In this document: positions 28,358-44,612 of the stretch, in pieces
Position numbering within the stretch: the stretch's first letter is position 1
How the letters are laid out: every line of letters begins with the position of its first letter
NCBI RefSeq assembly: GCF_009914755.1
Contig: NC_060946.1
DNA: 64,000 nt
Strand: one strand, 5' to 3'
Origin: the human T2T-CHM13v2.0 reference genome, Homo sapiens
Translations under genes and position numbers: made by a program
The notes under the pieces: model-generated
The model's input: the letters and a program-made list of their open reading frames with translations, nothing else
What the model was told of the DNA's origin: nothing
Database searches by the model: none

Positions 28358-29403
28358 ACATTCATGTCATTTTAATAACTGTAGGGCCAAAAAGGACTAG
28401 GAGTAGATGAAAGACGGAGAATCATATTTTGATGCTTCCAGATGAGTTTTGGAGGAAAGCCATACTGAAAATATTTGTTTGTTAGATTAAGATTATTAAG
28501 TGATAACTCTTTCTTTATTTTAAATAGTTAACTTTTTCTGTAAGGGAGCAACATATGTTCTTTCTTGGGCCCATAATGCATGGCCCTGAAAGTCAGGGCT
28601 ACCTGGGTTGTGGTTATAACTGCCAGGGTCTGGTATTATTACTAGCTTAGTGGTGGTACCCTCAGCAAGTTACAGTTTCTCTGACTTTATTTTTTCCCAT
28701 GCTCACAATGAGAAATTTGGATAGATGAATCTAATTGCATGTCTCTTTCTAGATAGGAAAAACTTAACTTTTTCCCCTTAGACCACGTATAATTGTGAAA
28801 TGGAATGCATAGAAATATAATCTTCTGTTTTATATATTTCTTGTTGAACTGACTTTAAAAATAATTTGATTTTGTTTCTCAAAAATCATATATTCCTTTT
28901 GGCATTGTCAGAATATAGTGAAGAACAAACATGCCTCAGGTAGTACAGAGCTGTTTGTTGAAGTGAAGGCGTTGCATCTGACAGTGACTACCAAAGAATT
29001 GTCTTCAGTTATTTGTTCACTTCTCACCTTGAACCCAAAGAATGTGAACAATCAAATAATGAGAAGCTACAAATGACAATAAAAGCAGGATGAGGGAAAT
29101 TACAAGATTAGAAATCAAAACCAGAGAAGCAAAAAGAACATAGATTTGGCTTTTGGGTTTCTGGCTCCAAAGTTTAAAAGGAAATTATGTGGTTCAGATT
29201 TTCAAAGATGAGAAAAATAGACACCCCAGGAGTGGTAAAGATTCTCTTAGCACTTAATTCTGAAAGAAATGTGTAACATGGGATTGTATATAGGGAGAAG
29301 GAAGGTCTTTACAAATAATTTAGCATGTGGTTTTTACCTACTAAAATTAAAACTGATGTTCATCTCTGAGTGGTAAGTAACATGGATTAAAAATGTATTT
29401 TCC

Positions 29404-29710
29404 TGGCCAGGCATGGTGGCTCAAGCCTGTAATCCCAGCACTTTGGGAGGCTGAGGTGGGCAGATCGCCTGAGGTCAGGAGTTCGAGACCAGCCTGGCCA
29501 ACATGGTGAAACCCCATCTCTACTAAAAATACAAAAATTACCCGGGTGTGGTGGCAGGCACTTGTAATCTCAGCTACTCAGAAGGCTGAGGCAGGAGAAT
29601 CGCTTGAACCCAGGAGGCGGAAGTTATAGTGAGCCAAGATTGCGCCACTGCACTCCAGCCTGGGCGACAGAGTGAGACTGTATCTCAAAAAATATATATA
29701 TATATATATT
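29404..29710 (+). mobile_element. Alu (AluSx-like)
   Basis: Full dimer with (TA)n tail. Confidence 0.9.
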
Positions 29711-29860
29711 ATCCTGTTTAGGAAAGCTGGTTAGTAGTTTGGAACTCTTCCCTTGATGAAAAAGTTTAGGTATCCTTCTATTTTATTACTATGGATTCAG
29801 GGTTACTAAACCTGGGTTCTAATCAAGTCTTACCCTGTTGTATCTTCTATGCGGCACTAG

Positions 29861-29942
29861 CCAAAAAAGAAGAACATGTCGGCCTACCAGGTGTTCTGTA
29901 AAGAGTATCGCGTGACCATTGTGGCTGACCATCCAGGTATAG
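29861..29942 (+). CDS. HMGXB4: HMGXB4 exon 6, start of HMG box (PKKKNMSAYQVFCKEYRVTIVADHPGI)
   Basis: cactag| acceptor, |gtaaga donor; typical HMG-box helix 1 pattern. Confidence 0.95.
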
Positions 29943-30294
29943 GTAAGAACATTACTGATCTGTAGCGCTTTTGCTTTCCATTTATATCTTGAAGCAGTGC
30001 AATTAATTTCTTCTTCCTGTAGCATTAGAGCATAAATCTTGTTTCTTTCCTCAGTTCTGCAAATCACTTTAGATTTTGCCTTAGTTTATCTCATCTGTAA
30101 AAGAGATGAACTTTCTATACATATCTCTTAAACGGATAAGGTGGGAAACTATGTAAAAATAAATGTTGTAAAGCACATACATAAATGCACAAAAATATAC
30201 AATTGTTTATTTCCAAGATTCTACAATTGGCCTTTTCCTTAAATTGCCCTTGGATGTAAAGTTATAATGAGATATCTTGTATTATATTGTTGTA

Positions 30295-30656
30295 AAGATG
30301 CTCTTCAACTTATGATAGTGTTACATCCTGATAAACCCATTGAAAATTGAAAATACTGTAAGTCAAAAATGCATTTAATACACCTAGCCTACAGAACATC
30401 ACAGCTTAGCTGAGCCCACCTTAAATGTGCTCAAGACACTTACATTTGCATACACTTGGGCAAAGTCATTTAACACAAAGCCTGTTTTATAATAAAGTGT
30501 TGAATATCTTATGTAATGTATTGAATACTGTACTGAAAGTGAAAAACAGAATGGCTGTATGGGTACTAGAAGTACAGTTTTTACTGAGTGCATATTGCTT
30601 TTGCATCCTTATAAAGTTGAAAAATCAAAAGTCAAACCATCATAAGTCAGGGACTG
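30295..30656. mobile_element. MER47A-like TcMar-Tigger MITE
   Basis: agatgctcttcaacttatgat...cataagtcagggactg inverted termini flanked by TA. Confidence 0.8.
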
Positions 30657-31022
30657 TATTTGTCTCTGTATTAGAAGTTAATGAGGTAAGAAAAACACTA
30701 TACCAGAGATCCTGGACACATGTCACTTAACCGCTACAAATTTCATTTGCCTAATGTGTAAAATCGCTGCCCTACCAACTCCAAAAGACTGCAGTGTTAG
30801 GCACACATGAATATGCTTTATAAAGCATAAAACTCTTATACAATGGAAGGGTAAGATTACACATCTAGAGGATTGCTTCTGAGCTGCTCTAGGGAAATCC
30901 TTCTTTGGTTCTAATCATTCAGAAATTTGGTAAAAACCTAACATCTTTTTTCAAATTCTACACATATTTTTTAACCTAAGTTGATAGGCCTTGTATTGTG
31001 GGATCAAATTAAAGACACCAGA

Positions 31023-31678
<656 letters not shown>

Positions 31679-31895
31679 TTACGAGTTGAGACTGTCTCCT
31701 GACCATCAAAACATCCCCTTCCCTATAGAAAAAAATCAAAGAAGAGTGATGGGATTGGGGTTGGTTTTCTGAAAGCATCTTGCAACATTTAAATATGACC
31801 TTCAAAACCCTTTTCCAGTTTTTGCTTTCACCAATCTTCTATTTTGTTAATAGCTAACCCTTTACTGTATTGAGTGTTTTACTCTTTTATGCCAG

Positions 31896-31960
31896 ATTTT
31901 GGGGAACTTAGTAAAAAACTGGCTGAGGTGTGGAAGCAATTACCAGAAAAAGACAAACTG
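31896..31960 (+). CDS. HMGXB4: HMGXB4 exon 7, HMG box (DFGELSKKLAEVWKQLPEKDKL)
   Basis: gccag| acceptor, |gtaagt donor; HMG-box helix 2 with the conserved Trp. Confidence 0.95.
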
Positions 31961-32466
31961 GTAAGTACATTTTCTTACAAACATATTTTTCAGTGCTTCT
32001 CGCCTTCCAAAATATGTAATTCTTCCATAGACTAGCCAGCCAGACAGCACTGAAAATAGTGAAGAAAATTACAAATCAACAGAAAATGGTTTAGCAGAGG
32101 ACATTAACACTGTTAGTGCCAGTTCACTGTACATGAGGATTTAGCTATAGCAAGGCTGTCTTTTCTAACCTGGTCTGTTTTTTCCAGCAGTGTTACATTT
32201 GAGCCAAAAGATGACCTAAGTTGAGGAGTAATTAAAGTGTTAAAAGAAAGTCTAAAATCAGAGCCCTTTACTGCAAACACCTAGTAATCAGTCATGGTCT
32301 GAGAACTGAGGAAAGTTATCCACTTAGCAGTCACTGCAAACAATAAAAACATGAGAATGTGATTACTAGGTAACCAGGTTCAAGGTCATCATCCTCATCA
32401 ACCATTACCAAATAATGTACTCTACTATCAAGAAGGTAGTAAGACACTGATAAACAGTCATATCTG

Positions 32467-32774
<308 letters not shown>

Positions 32775-33242
32775 TCATATCTGAATCATTGAGACTTATG
32801 AAGGTCATATAGGAGCAAGATGTCATCTAGATGAACAGCCATTCTTCACCCAGATTATCCTTAGTTTTTGTTTTCCTTGTTATTGTTATTCTGCTATTGT
32901 GTTGGTATTGCCAACTAGCAGGTTAGTAGAACCACATAGACATTATATTGAGCCAGATGTTTAATCTGTGATTTTACATTTCAACTTAGAGTGATCTAAA
33001 AATCAGTGCCGAGATTTGACCATTAGCATTGAGGAATGTTTATAGTCCTTTACTAAGATATTAATGTAGTCAGCTGTCTGAAGTCAGTTCGGTGACCCCC
33101 AGCTTAAAAGTTAGCATTAACCCTCTGTCTGCCCGCCTCTCACTATTGCCTTTCTTTTCTCCATTTTGTTCTTTCATGACTGCTTTTCCTTTTACATTTT
33201 GTCCTTCTTAATTTAATTTAATGTTCACTGATGTGATTGCAG

Positions 33243-33348
33243 ATTTGGAAGCAAAAAGCTCAGTATCTGCAGCACAAACAGAACAAAGCAGAAGCCACAA
33301 CTGTGAAAAGGAAAGCATCCAGCTCAGAAGGTTCCATGAAAGTCAAAG
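33243..33348 (+). CDS. HMGXB4: HMGXB4 exon 8 (IWKQKAQYLQHKQNKAEATTVKRKASSSEGSMKVK)
   Basis: ttgcag| acceptor, |gtagtg donor; end of HMG box; in frame. Confidence 0.94.
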
Positions 33349-33522
33349 GTAGTGACCACATCCCGCCCCTGCTTTTCTCTAAAGCATGTGAATTTTGCTT
33401 CCTTGCTAAGAAACTGGGAAAAAAGCTTGCAGTATTAGAAGTGGACCTTGATTCCCAGGTATTATTACCTGGGAATGTTACAAGCTACCAAAAAGAGATG
33501 TTCAAATTTAGAAAATGCAAAT

Positions 33523-34036
<514 letters not shown>

Positions 34037-34133
34037 GTATAATTCATAAAAAGGGAAAATCAGGAAGAACAACTTTGTGTTGTTCAAGGCTGTAGGCAAG
34101 TTTTACCTGTCTGCCTCATTGCTCTGTTCTCAG

Positions 34134-34303
34134 CCTCTTCTGTAGGAGTACTGTCACCCCAGAAGAAGTCCCCACCCACCACCATGCTGTTACCAGCCTC
34201 ACCAGCCAAAGCCCCTGAGACAGAGCCCATTGATGTTGCTGCTCATCTTCAGCTGTTGGGAGAGTCCCTAAGCCTCATTGGACACCGTCTGCAGGAAACT
34301 GAG
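34134..34303 (+). CDS. HMGXB4: HMGXB4 exon 9 (ASSVGVLSPQKKSPP...GHRLQETE)
   Basis: ttctcag| acceptor, |gtgaat donor; in frame. Confidence 0.94.
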
Positions 34304-34598
34304 GTGAATACAACTATCAGCAGCATGACTACAGTTTCCCATATAGTTTCCCATATAATTTTGATTCATTCACTCATTTTACATACATGTATTGAGCATC
34401 TACTTTATGCTAAATTATGCCAGGTTCTCAGGATGCCGTAACATAGAAGATATAATGATAATAACAGAAATATCTATAGAGATATTCAGTCTACCTGTTA
34501 GCTCTCAAAGTTTCACTAATGATATCCTATTGAAACAATGGCACAAAAAGAAATTGGAGTACCCTGTAACTTATTTTTATTTTTTTAAAATGCAGTGG

Positions 34599-35373
<775 letters not shown>

Positions 35374-36255
35374 AGGCAAGAAAAAGGATGAGTACAAATT
35401 CCATAGCAGTTTTGATTACTTCTGTCTCCTTCTAAGAGACTTTGAATTTTTCTCTGCATTTCCAGCAAAGTCTTGAATATTCAATTGTATAGGAGATTAA
35501 GAGTTCCTCTGTTTTGAAAATAGGTAACAAATGGAGAAGTTAAGGTTCCCAGCTCTCCATTACTCTGCACTTAAATTATACAGTGCTATATGCCCTGGGG
35601 AGATTTTTGTCCTTTTAAGCTTCAATTTCAAAAATCACTTAACCTGCACAGCTGTCGTGTTTCATTTCTATTACCATATTCAATTTCTAACAATATTGTC
35701 CCCTTAGCTAACTCATTAGTATAGTAGTTCCGCTTTCCACCAAGTTCTAGTAAGACATTTCAGCAAAGAAGTCAGTCTAAGCTACTAAAGCCATTTTTAA
35801 GCTAAGAAATTAGTGTAGGAATGTAAAACTAATCACTTGCTTCAATGTGGAAATTGAATTATTCAACAAATAAAATGCCAAAGGCCACAAGAGCTGAAGC
35901 TATATCTAAATTCTTTGGCTAGTTTCTAAAAATTTTAGCAGTAGTCAAAAGAACTTCAGCACCTTCATATAGGCTCGATATCTGAATGGATATAGATATT
36001 TCCAGAAGAAGTATTCTATGACCTTACTTATTTTTCAGATTTAATCATTCTTACGTTTCGTAAGAAGTTAGAAGTAAAAACGGTTTGTTTTAAGCGTATT
36101 CTGAATTTTCCCAGATATTTCCATTTAGTTTAGTAAGTACAAAGTTCACCCTTTTAAAGTGCAGAATTTAGTGATTTTTAATATATTCACAGAATTGTGA
36201 ATCACTACTATTTCATTCCAAAACATATTGTTACCCCTAAAAGAAACCCTGTACC

Positions 36256-36611
<356 letters not shown>

Positions 36612-36873
36612 TCATTTGCATAGATCTCTGCAATTTTATAATTTCCACATACCACTTAATACTTTTACTTACTTTATAATTTTATTTAAATAAACTTGTC
36701 TGTGCTTTTACAGTGACATTCATGACATCTCAAGGGTTATATTCTATTTTTTTAATGTACATCGTAATGGACATATAATTATCAAAATAATATGTTCAGT
36801 AGTAAATTAATGTTCATCATTTTAGCAGTAAAACTGGAACATACAATGCATAAGTTAGAAAATTAAGGCTAGA

Positions 36874-37177
36874 GGCCGAGCACTGTTGCTTGTTCCTGTA
36901 ATCCCAGGACTCTGGGAGCCAAAGTGGGAGGATCACCTGAGGCTAGCAGTTCGAGACCAGCCTGGCCAACATGGCAAAACCCCATCTCTACTAAAAATAC
37001 AAAAATTAGCCAGTTGTGGTGGTGCACACCTGTAATCCTAGCTACTTGTGGGGCTAAGGCAGGAGAATCGCTTGAACCGGGAGGTGGAGGTTGCAGTGAG
37101 CCGAGATCACACCACTGCACTCCATCCAGCCTGGGCAACAGAGTGAGACCCTGTCTCAAAAAAAATAAAAATAAAAA
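36874..37177 (+). mobile_element. Alu (AluS-like)
   Basis: Full dimer. Confidence 0.88.
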
Positions 37178-38883
37178 TTGTGCGTGTGTGTGGCGTGTGG
37201 TGTGTGTGTATCTTAAGAAAGTTAAAGCTAGAACCCAAATTGCAGAGGGACTTCATAGACATTCTGAAGTGTGTATACTTCACTGTTGGGGAACTACAGG
37301 GGTTTTTACAGTGGAAAGGGATGAGATCAGAGCTCTCATTTACTTTTCTCTGAGAATATCTTTTATTTTAGATTGGAAGTGAAAAGAGACCAGAATTGGG
37401 GAGAAGTTAAAACAATAATCCTAGTCTAGATGTGACAAAGATAAATTAGCTATAAATAAATATAGGGCAAAGGAAATGGAACAATATTACTAATTACTGA
37501 CATTTTTGGGGTTTTAGCTATTATCTTCCCTGTATACTAATGTTTTATTGAAGGCTCACTCACCCAGCTTTGGTTCAGAGTGCTTAATATGAATTATATC
37601 ATTTAATTCACACTGCAGCTTTGTGAGGCAGAATTTGTTCCCCCCATTTTACAGAAGAATAAACAGACTTAAAGAGGTGAAGTCACTTTCTCTAGAGTTT
37701 AGCCCCTAAGTGGTAAAATAGAGACTTGAATTTGGAATGTGACCTCAAGGTCCGGGTTCTTAACCTCTTACTGTACTGCTGCCCTCAGAAAGTATAGGGG
37801 GGAGATGTTGACAAGGAGGATGAGGGAAAGGAAGAGTCAGTGATGGCTAGGCCTTGAGACTGGGCAGTTATGTGAATGGTGGTGACTTTGGCAGAGAAAT
37901 GGATGCTCAAAGGAGGGCTAGATTTGCATGGGAAGGTTATTCTTCCTTACAGGAAGTTGAGATGGAGAAATATCCAAAAGGAGAGACCCAAAAGACAGCC
38001 AGAAATGCAGTTTTGAAGATCAAGATGTTGGTAGTAATATTCATAATTACTGATATTTTTTGAGTACTTAACCATGTATTAAGCACCATCCCAAGTATAT
38101 TATATCTATTATCTCAATCCCATCTGCTGCAGATGCTGTTAGTATCTTACAGGCACAGCATAGTAAGCAACTTGCCTAGGTACAAAACAGTGAGTAGTGG
38201 AGCCAGGATCTGGACCCGGGCAGTCTTGAATCCGGAGCTCATTTTCTTAAGGACTGTGCTGTGTTGCTTCCCAATATGACATATTCTCACACTGCTTCTA
38301 GTTAAAGCAGATTATACAAGAACTCGGCAGCAGCAACAGTCTTTCTTATCTCTTTGAATCACAAATAGACAATATGAATTACATAAAATGTTAAAAATTG
38401 AACCAAATTCACTTTGAGAGTGAACAACTCAACCTAGAAAAATTGTATAATCAGCTATCAAAAGCTACATACATGCAGGGTTGTAGGATTCTCATAGTAA
38501 TCACATCTGAGCTATATTTGTCGAGTTTATAACAGATATACTTTGCATACATAATCACAAATCTTACCAACAGCTCTCCAGAGTAGGTAAAGCATTTTTT
38601 ACTGTTCCTGTTAAGGAGACAGAAGTTAAGGATGTGAACTCCCCAAGGTCACTCAGAAGGTAAGAAGATGGGCTAGGATTACGGAAAGGGAACATGGGAA
38701 TGTGCTGTAAAAGTTTTCTTTCTAAACAACTTACAGAGTTATCAAAGTAAACTTTCCATTTCTGCTGTAAAGTTTCAAATTATAAGAGTAGAACTGCCTA
38801 GGATTTAAAGTACTGTGTGAGGAAGTCAGCCGGAACACAGCATCAGGAGTGTGACTCAAGCAACAACCTCCTCTCCTTTTCAG

Positions 38884-39006
38884 GGTATGGTGGCTGTGTC
38901 TGGCAGTTTGTCAGTGCTTCTGGATTCCATTATCTGTGCCCTTGGCCCCTTGGCATGTCTCACCACACAACTACCTGAATTGAATGGCTGTCCCAAACAG
39001 GTCTTG
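38884..39006 (+). CDS. HMGXB4: HMGXB4 exon 10 ([23 protein letters not shown]...PKQVL)
   Basis: ttttcag| acceptor, |gtgagt donor; 123 nt, phase 0/0. Confidence 0.94.
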
Positions 39007-39498
39007 GTGAGTTTTCCCTGGATTTTTAGAGTCAGATCCATTGGGCGTCAGAGATGCCCTGCCTTAATGAGCACTGTCAGACACACATAAGGCTTTGTGA
39101 CACACAGTGCTTCCTTCATCTGTTGGCCCATGGAACATGATGCTATATTATCAAATGCATGCTGTACTTTCACTGAAACTAGAAAACAAGCCATTTACCA
39201 AAACAGTACTTAAGAAAGCAGCATTCTAGCCCTTGAGGTACTACAATTCCTGTGTTTCCTGTTTGCTATTCTGCACCCAAAGACAGTACAGGAATTGTTT
39301 CCCTCTTTTTTACTAGGATTAATGGGAGAAGTCAGCAGAAAAGTTCCTAGCATAACAAACAGCAGGATGCCGTCTTCATTCTCACCTGTTTTTCTAACTC
39401 CATTTGATTTTTCTTATCTCTCTCCTTGAACAAAGAAACATCTCTCAGGAAACCAAGGTACAGTACTCTTCAGTTGAACATTTTTCTTTGTTTTGCAG

Positions 39499-39543
39499 TC
39501 AAACACATTAGACAACATTGCTTACATCATGCCGGGACTGTGA
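39499..39543 (+). CDS. HMGXB4: HMGXB4 exon 11 coding part (SNTLDNIAYIMPGL*); spliced CDS = 601 aa
   Basis: ttttgcag| acceptor; TGA at 39541-39543; exon lengths sum to 601 codons plus stop. Confidence 0.95.
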   Translation, partial: SNTLDNIAYIMPGL

Positions 39544-40673
39544 CAGCAAAGAATCCTGGGACAGAAACCTTATCCTACACCATTGCTGGTTTGTGTATAT
39601 ATGACTGTTGCAGATTCCTTCAGTGGCCTCTGGCTGTAGGTTTTAAATTTTTATATCTATACATACATATATACATATATATATAATGTACAATATATAC
39701 ATAGACTGTAACTACTTTGCTTTTAATAATTTTATGAAATGGCAAAGGTTTAGCCAAGAGGAAATTTTGGCATGAATACAGGCTTGGGATTCTTTTTTCT
39801 CCTGTGGTGGATAAATCTGCCTTAAAAATCAATGTAACTTGGGGGCTGGGGGCTTGTTCTGGGTGCCAAGCGCATCTCTTTATGGACAGCTAAAATGTGA
39901 TTATTTTCCAAGCTCAGTTGGACCTCCAGACCCATCACTGACCATTTGCCTTACCTGTCTTAGTCTGAAATGTAATAGGAAAGATAACGGGAAGATGCCA
40001 GTTGACTGAAAATTCAAAGCCTTTCAATTTGAAGTGACCTAGGTGGGAGGTGATAAAATTTGTTCCCTTTATAGTTACGGAGGTGGCTTAGGTGAATTGA
40101 GTAGAGGGTTCATTCCAATTCCTACTGTATAGGTGTCTGTGTCTCAAAATTTATTGTAATCATTGGTACCATTGGTGGCCTCAACAGAGGCCAAGGAGTT
40201 CTGTGAGCCCTGGCAGCAAAAAACACCTTGGGGGGTGAAGCTGTCAATGCCACCAGTTGGACCTCCATACATTCTGAGCTAACCCAGAATCTTTAGTCGG
40301 CAGAATTAAGTGCTGGTGTCTTTCACTGGCAGCATGAAGTTAGCCACCAAGTCCTCACAAGCCGTGCTGCTTAGTTGCTCGGTGGTTATGGATAAACTTT
40401 GCCCAGCATGATTTTTGGGTTCATCTTATCGGTTCCCCTGGTGGGCAGATACACAGTGTTCTGCATTCCACATGTAAGTGAATTGCAAAAACAAAACAAA
40501 ACTCACTCTCTTGTAGGTTTATTTATGTGTGTGTGAATGTGTATTTTAATTATGTGTATTTAACTCTTTAAAATCTCTTAGATTTTAATTTATCCTGTAA
40601 ATTTCTGTATATATAATTTAATAACAGAAGCCTCCACCAGCAACAGCATGTGGAAGATACAGATTTGTCATTT

Positions 40674-40742
40674 CTCCCTTCCGCCCTCCCTTCTTTCCTT
40701 CCTTCCTTCCCTGTTTCCTTCCCTCTTTCCTTCCTTCCTCCT
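40674..40742 (+). repeat. (TTCC)n-like polypyrimidine tract in the 3'UTR
   Basis: Read directly from sequence. Confidence 0.8.
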
Positions 40743-41600
40743 GGTCTGTTCCAAAAACTCTGAATCATCTACATTTTAAGGTATTTTACCTCAAAAATGA
40801 ATCATTGTGTTAGGATTCTAATTCTTTATAAAGAACTTCATGGGCTTCAATAATGTCTAGAAAGTAAAATAAAGAGGAATGTTACCATCCCCAGCTGCCC
40901 TTATTTCCAGAGAACCAGACGTTTGTTTCCCAGTTGGAAAGAAGACAGTTGAGCACTTCAGGATGGTTTTTAAATTTGGTATGAGATTCTCTGCCAACAC
41001 CAAGCTCTGAGTTAACGTGCTTTCTTCTCCTGGCCCTGACAGAGCACTACAGCATCAAAGTAAATCTTTGGGGACAGTGTAGCCCATCTGCATCCTATTT
41101 AATTTCTTCCCTTCTCCCCACCAGTGTTGTCACAGGGCTATGTTGCTTAAAGGTAGTCTGGCTGCTGAATCCCTTTCTCAGCTCAGAGCAGTTTTAAGAT
41201 TTAATTGGGAATACAGAGAAACAGGATTGTTTGAGAACCAAAATCAAGAGGAACAGAAATCTTAACTTGATTTCATGTGTTAGAACATTGTACCATGCCT
41301 CTTCTGTATCTGTGGAAGTTTCCTGTTTGACACAGGGTATCTAGGAGGGGCGGGGAAGACATGGATAGTATAGGAAGACATTAATCCTAGCATTGTCATT
41401 TATATACATTAATGAAATCCTGATGAGGACCTGCTTTTTGTTTGTTTTCCTTTGAAACCCAGCCCTATTGTATTTGTATTTAAAATTTGTACACATTTGT
41501 ATAATAATCTGTACCTTGTGGTATTTGGTACTATTAGAGGAAAAACTTTGGATTCAGACCTTCTTGCAGTTTTTATATCATTGTTTTATTTTGTTTTTTA

Positions 41601-41676
41601 AATAAATTCTAGTGGTTTGATCCAAATCCCATTACAGTTGTATAAAGAAATAAAATTTTGTACTTATATTATTAAA
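41601..41676 (+). terminator. HMGXB4: Polyadenylation signals of HMGXB4 (AATAAA 41601 and 41649; ATTAAA 41671); a proximal AATAAA also at 40868
   Basis: Hexamers read directly from sequence, with upstream UGUA motifs and U-rich context. Confidence 0.75.
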
Positions 41677-42988
41677 AATCACATTTTTAATATTTGTAGT
41701 CCAGTCTCAGCTGTCTTTTCCCTAATCATGATAATCATAGTTGCTATGAAATTATAAAACCTGTTTTTCACTCTATTCTACCATAATTTTCTTAAGAAAA
41801 AAATCAACCCACAATGGAGATTAAATTTCTAATCTTAGCCATTTTCTTAATATACTCCTTACTCTGCTTCTATTAACTTTTACATTGTAGAGGTTCTCAT
41901 TTTCTCTTTTGCAAATTGCAAATTTAGTGAATCTGATAATTCCACCTCCATTTATTGGCAAATGAAACTATGTGCATTATGGTGTTGGCCTAAATCAAGA
42001 AAATGTTGATTAATCTTATATAAGGGTTGCATCTGAATCATGTGCTAAATGATATGTTTCAGTACTGTCCTGTTAGCATTACAGTAATGCTGTTGATAAG
42101 TTACTTAATCTTTATAGGCTTCCAAAGTCCCATCTATAGAATAGTGTTAAAGTCACTTCCCTGTCTGTAGACCTGCAGCCAGCCAGCCTGACATGAATGT
42201 TTAATAACATTATGAACACTGAATATATGGAGATATGACCTTTCAAGGTAAAAACTTCAGTGCAAACACAAGGTGTTAAAAGTCATAAATAGTAAAATAA
42301 TATGATTAATTACAAGGCTAATGTCTTATGGAAAGGCAGCAAGGAAGAGACTACCGTATCACTGAGTGACTATTAGAGTGATTTGCATACTTTGTCTCAC
42401 TCATCCTCCGCCCAAAGCCTTAAGAATATTATCTCCCTTTCTAGATGCGAAAAAGTACTTTTCCTAAGTTTATACTGCTAGTAAATGGCAAAGGCAGATT
42501 AAGAACAGTGAAACAGCTGACCCCAAACCCTAGGCTCTTTTCTACCCCAAGCTACTTTCAGATTTAAATCATGTCTATAATTCATCAGAATGCTTTCCAT
42601 TATCTCAAGTCCTGAGCGAATGTGATTGTGGGAATGCTGTCTCAGATCTTTGCATTGTTCGGGTATCTAGCTGGCTTTCACTCTTGTCATACTATTGTCT
42701 TTAAATTTTGAAGGCAAGGTATCTTGATTTTTGTCTGTAAGCACTTAAAGGATTTAATAGATTACATTTATGCAGACTGTCAATCTTAAGAAATTTGAAC
42801 ATTTTAACCCTCAGTAAGGCATGATATTAATTTTACTAAAACACTTAAAAAGTAAATTGAAACACTTTTTACTAAATCAGTTTGCTCCTTATTAGCACAC
42901 TTTTTAAAGACAGTTTTAATCAGTTTTGTACTAACTTTAATGTTTGCCATTTACATCCCTATCTACTATGTTGATAAAATCCATATAC

Positions 42989-43644
<656 letters not shown>

Positions 43645-43782
43645 GCATGGAGTTTATGACTCCACTTCCTGTTTGGGGGCATATGAGTTGTCTCTGTTTT
43701 TGTTTTTTTTTTTTTTGTTTTTTTTTTTTTTGTTTTTACCATGAATAAAGTTTACAAGAACTTGTTAAAAGCTTAAAGGAAG

Positions 43783-43916
43783 GGCCAGAGATGGTGGCTC
43801 ATGCCTGTAACCCAGGGCTTTGGGAGGCTGAGGTGGGAGGATCACTTGAGCTCAGAAGTTCAAGGACCAGCCTGGGCAACATAGTGAGACTTTGCCTCTA
43901 AAAATAAATAAATAAA
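43783..43916 (+). mobile_element. FLAM-like Alu monomer
   Basis: Left monomer with (AAAT)n tail. Confidence 0.8.
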
Positions 43917-44314
43917 GGTTAATGGAAGAATCCAAAAGAAGTTCATGCTAAACATAACTCCATATGACCAAGCAATAAGGTTAAGTGAAGAAAGACATGG
44001 AAAGTGCCTTGACCTGAAGGTCATCTTAAATGGCCTTCTCCCCGCTTATACTCCAAATACCATTACTGAAACGTAGATCTATTTAAGCTTTCATATGCTA
44101 GTTACTGGGTTAGACAATAGTGGGGAGCAAAACAGAAATAGTAGCCCAGCCCCCAGGGACATCCAGACTCGTGGGGGCAAGGGCATTTGTGAACAGGTCT
44201 CATGAGTGTTGTGGAAACACTTCAAAGCAGTTTTTATATTGTACAGTAAAGACATCGGACCCCATGGCTGCTCAAACAAGTGAATCTACAGAGGTGATTA
44301 AGTTCTAATTTAGG

Positions 44315-44612
44315 TTTGTTTTTTTTTTTAAGACACAGCCTTACTCTGTCACCCAGGCTGGAGTGCAGTGGCACGATCTCAGCTCACTGCAATCTCTGCC
44401 CCCCTGGGTCCAAGCAATTCTCATGCCTCAGCCTCCCAAGTAGCTGGGACTACAGGCGTGTACCACCACACCTGGCTAATTTTTGTATTTTTAGTAGAGA
44501 CGGCATTTTACCATGTTGGCTAGGCTTGTTTTGAATGCCTGACCTCAGGTGATCCACCTGCCTCAGCCTCCCAAAATGTTGGGATTACAGGCGTGAGCCA
44601 CCACACCTTGCT
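44315..44612 (-). mobile_element. Alu (AluS-like)
   Basis: TSD taatttaggttt. Confidence 0.9.

Larger units (their letters stand above)
39544..41698 (+). other. HMGXB4: HMGXB4 3'UTR (~2.15 kb; end approximate)
   Basis: Alu-free AU-rich stretch after the stop codon, ending at clustered polyadenylation signals. Confidence 0.8.

Noticed and set aside
40198-40208. CDE-like UUC-UGU-GAG in the 3'UTR
   Set aside because: Only about 4 bp of stem; too weak.
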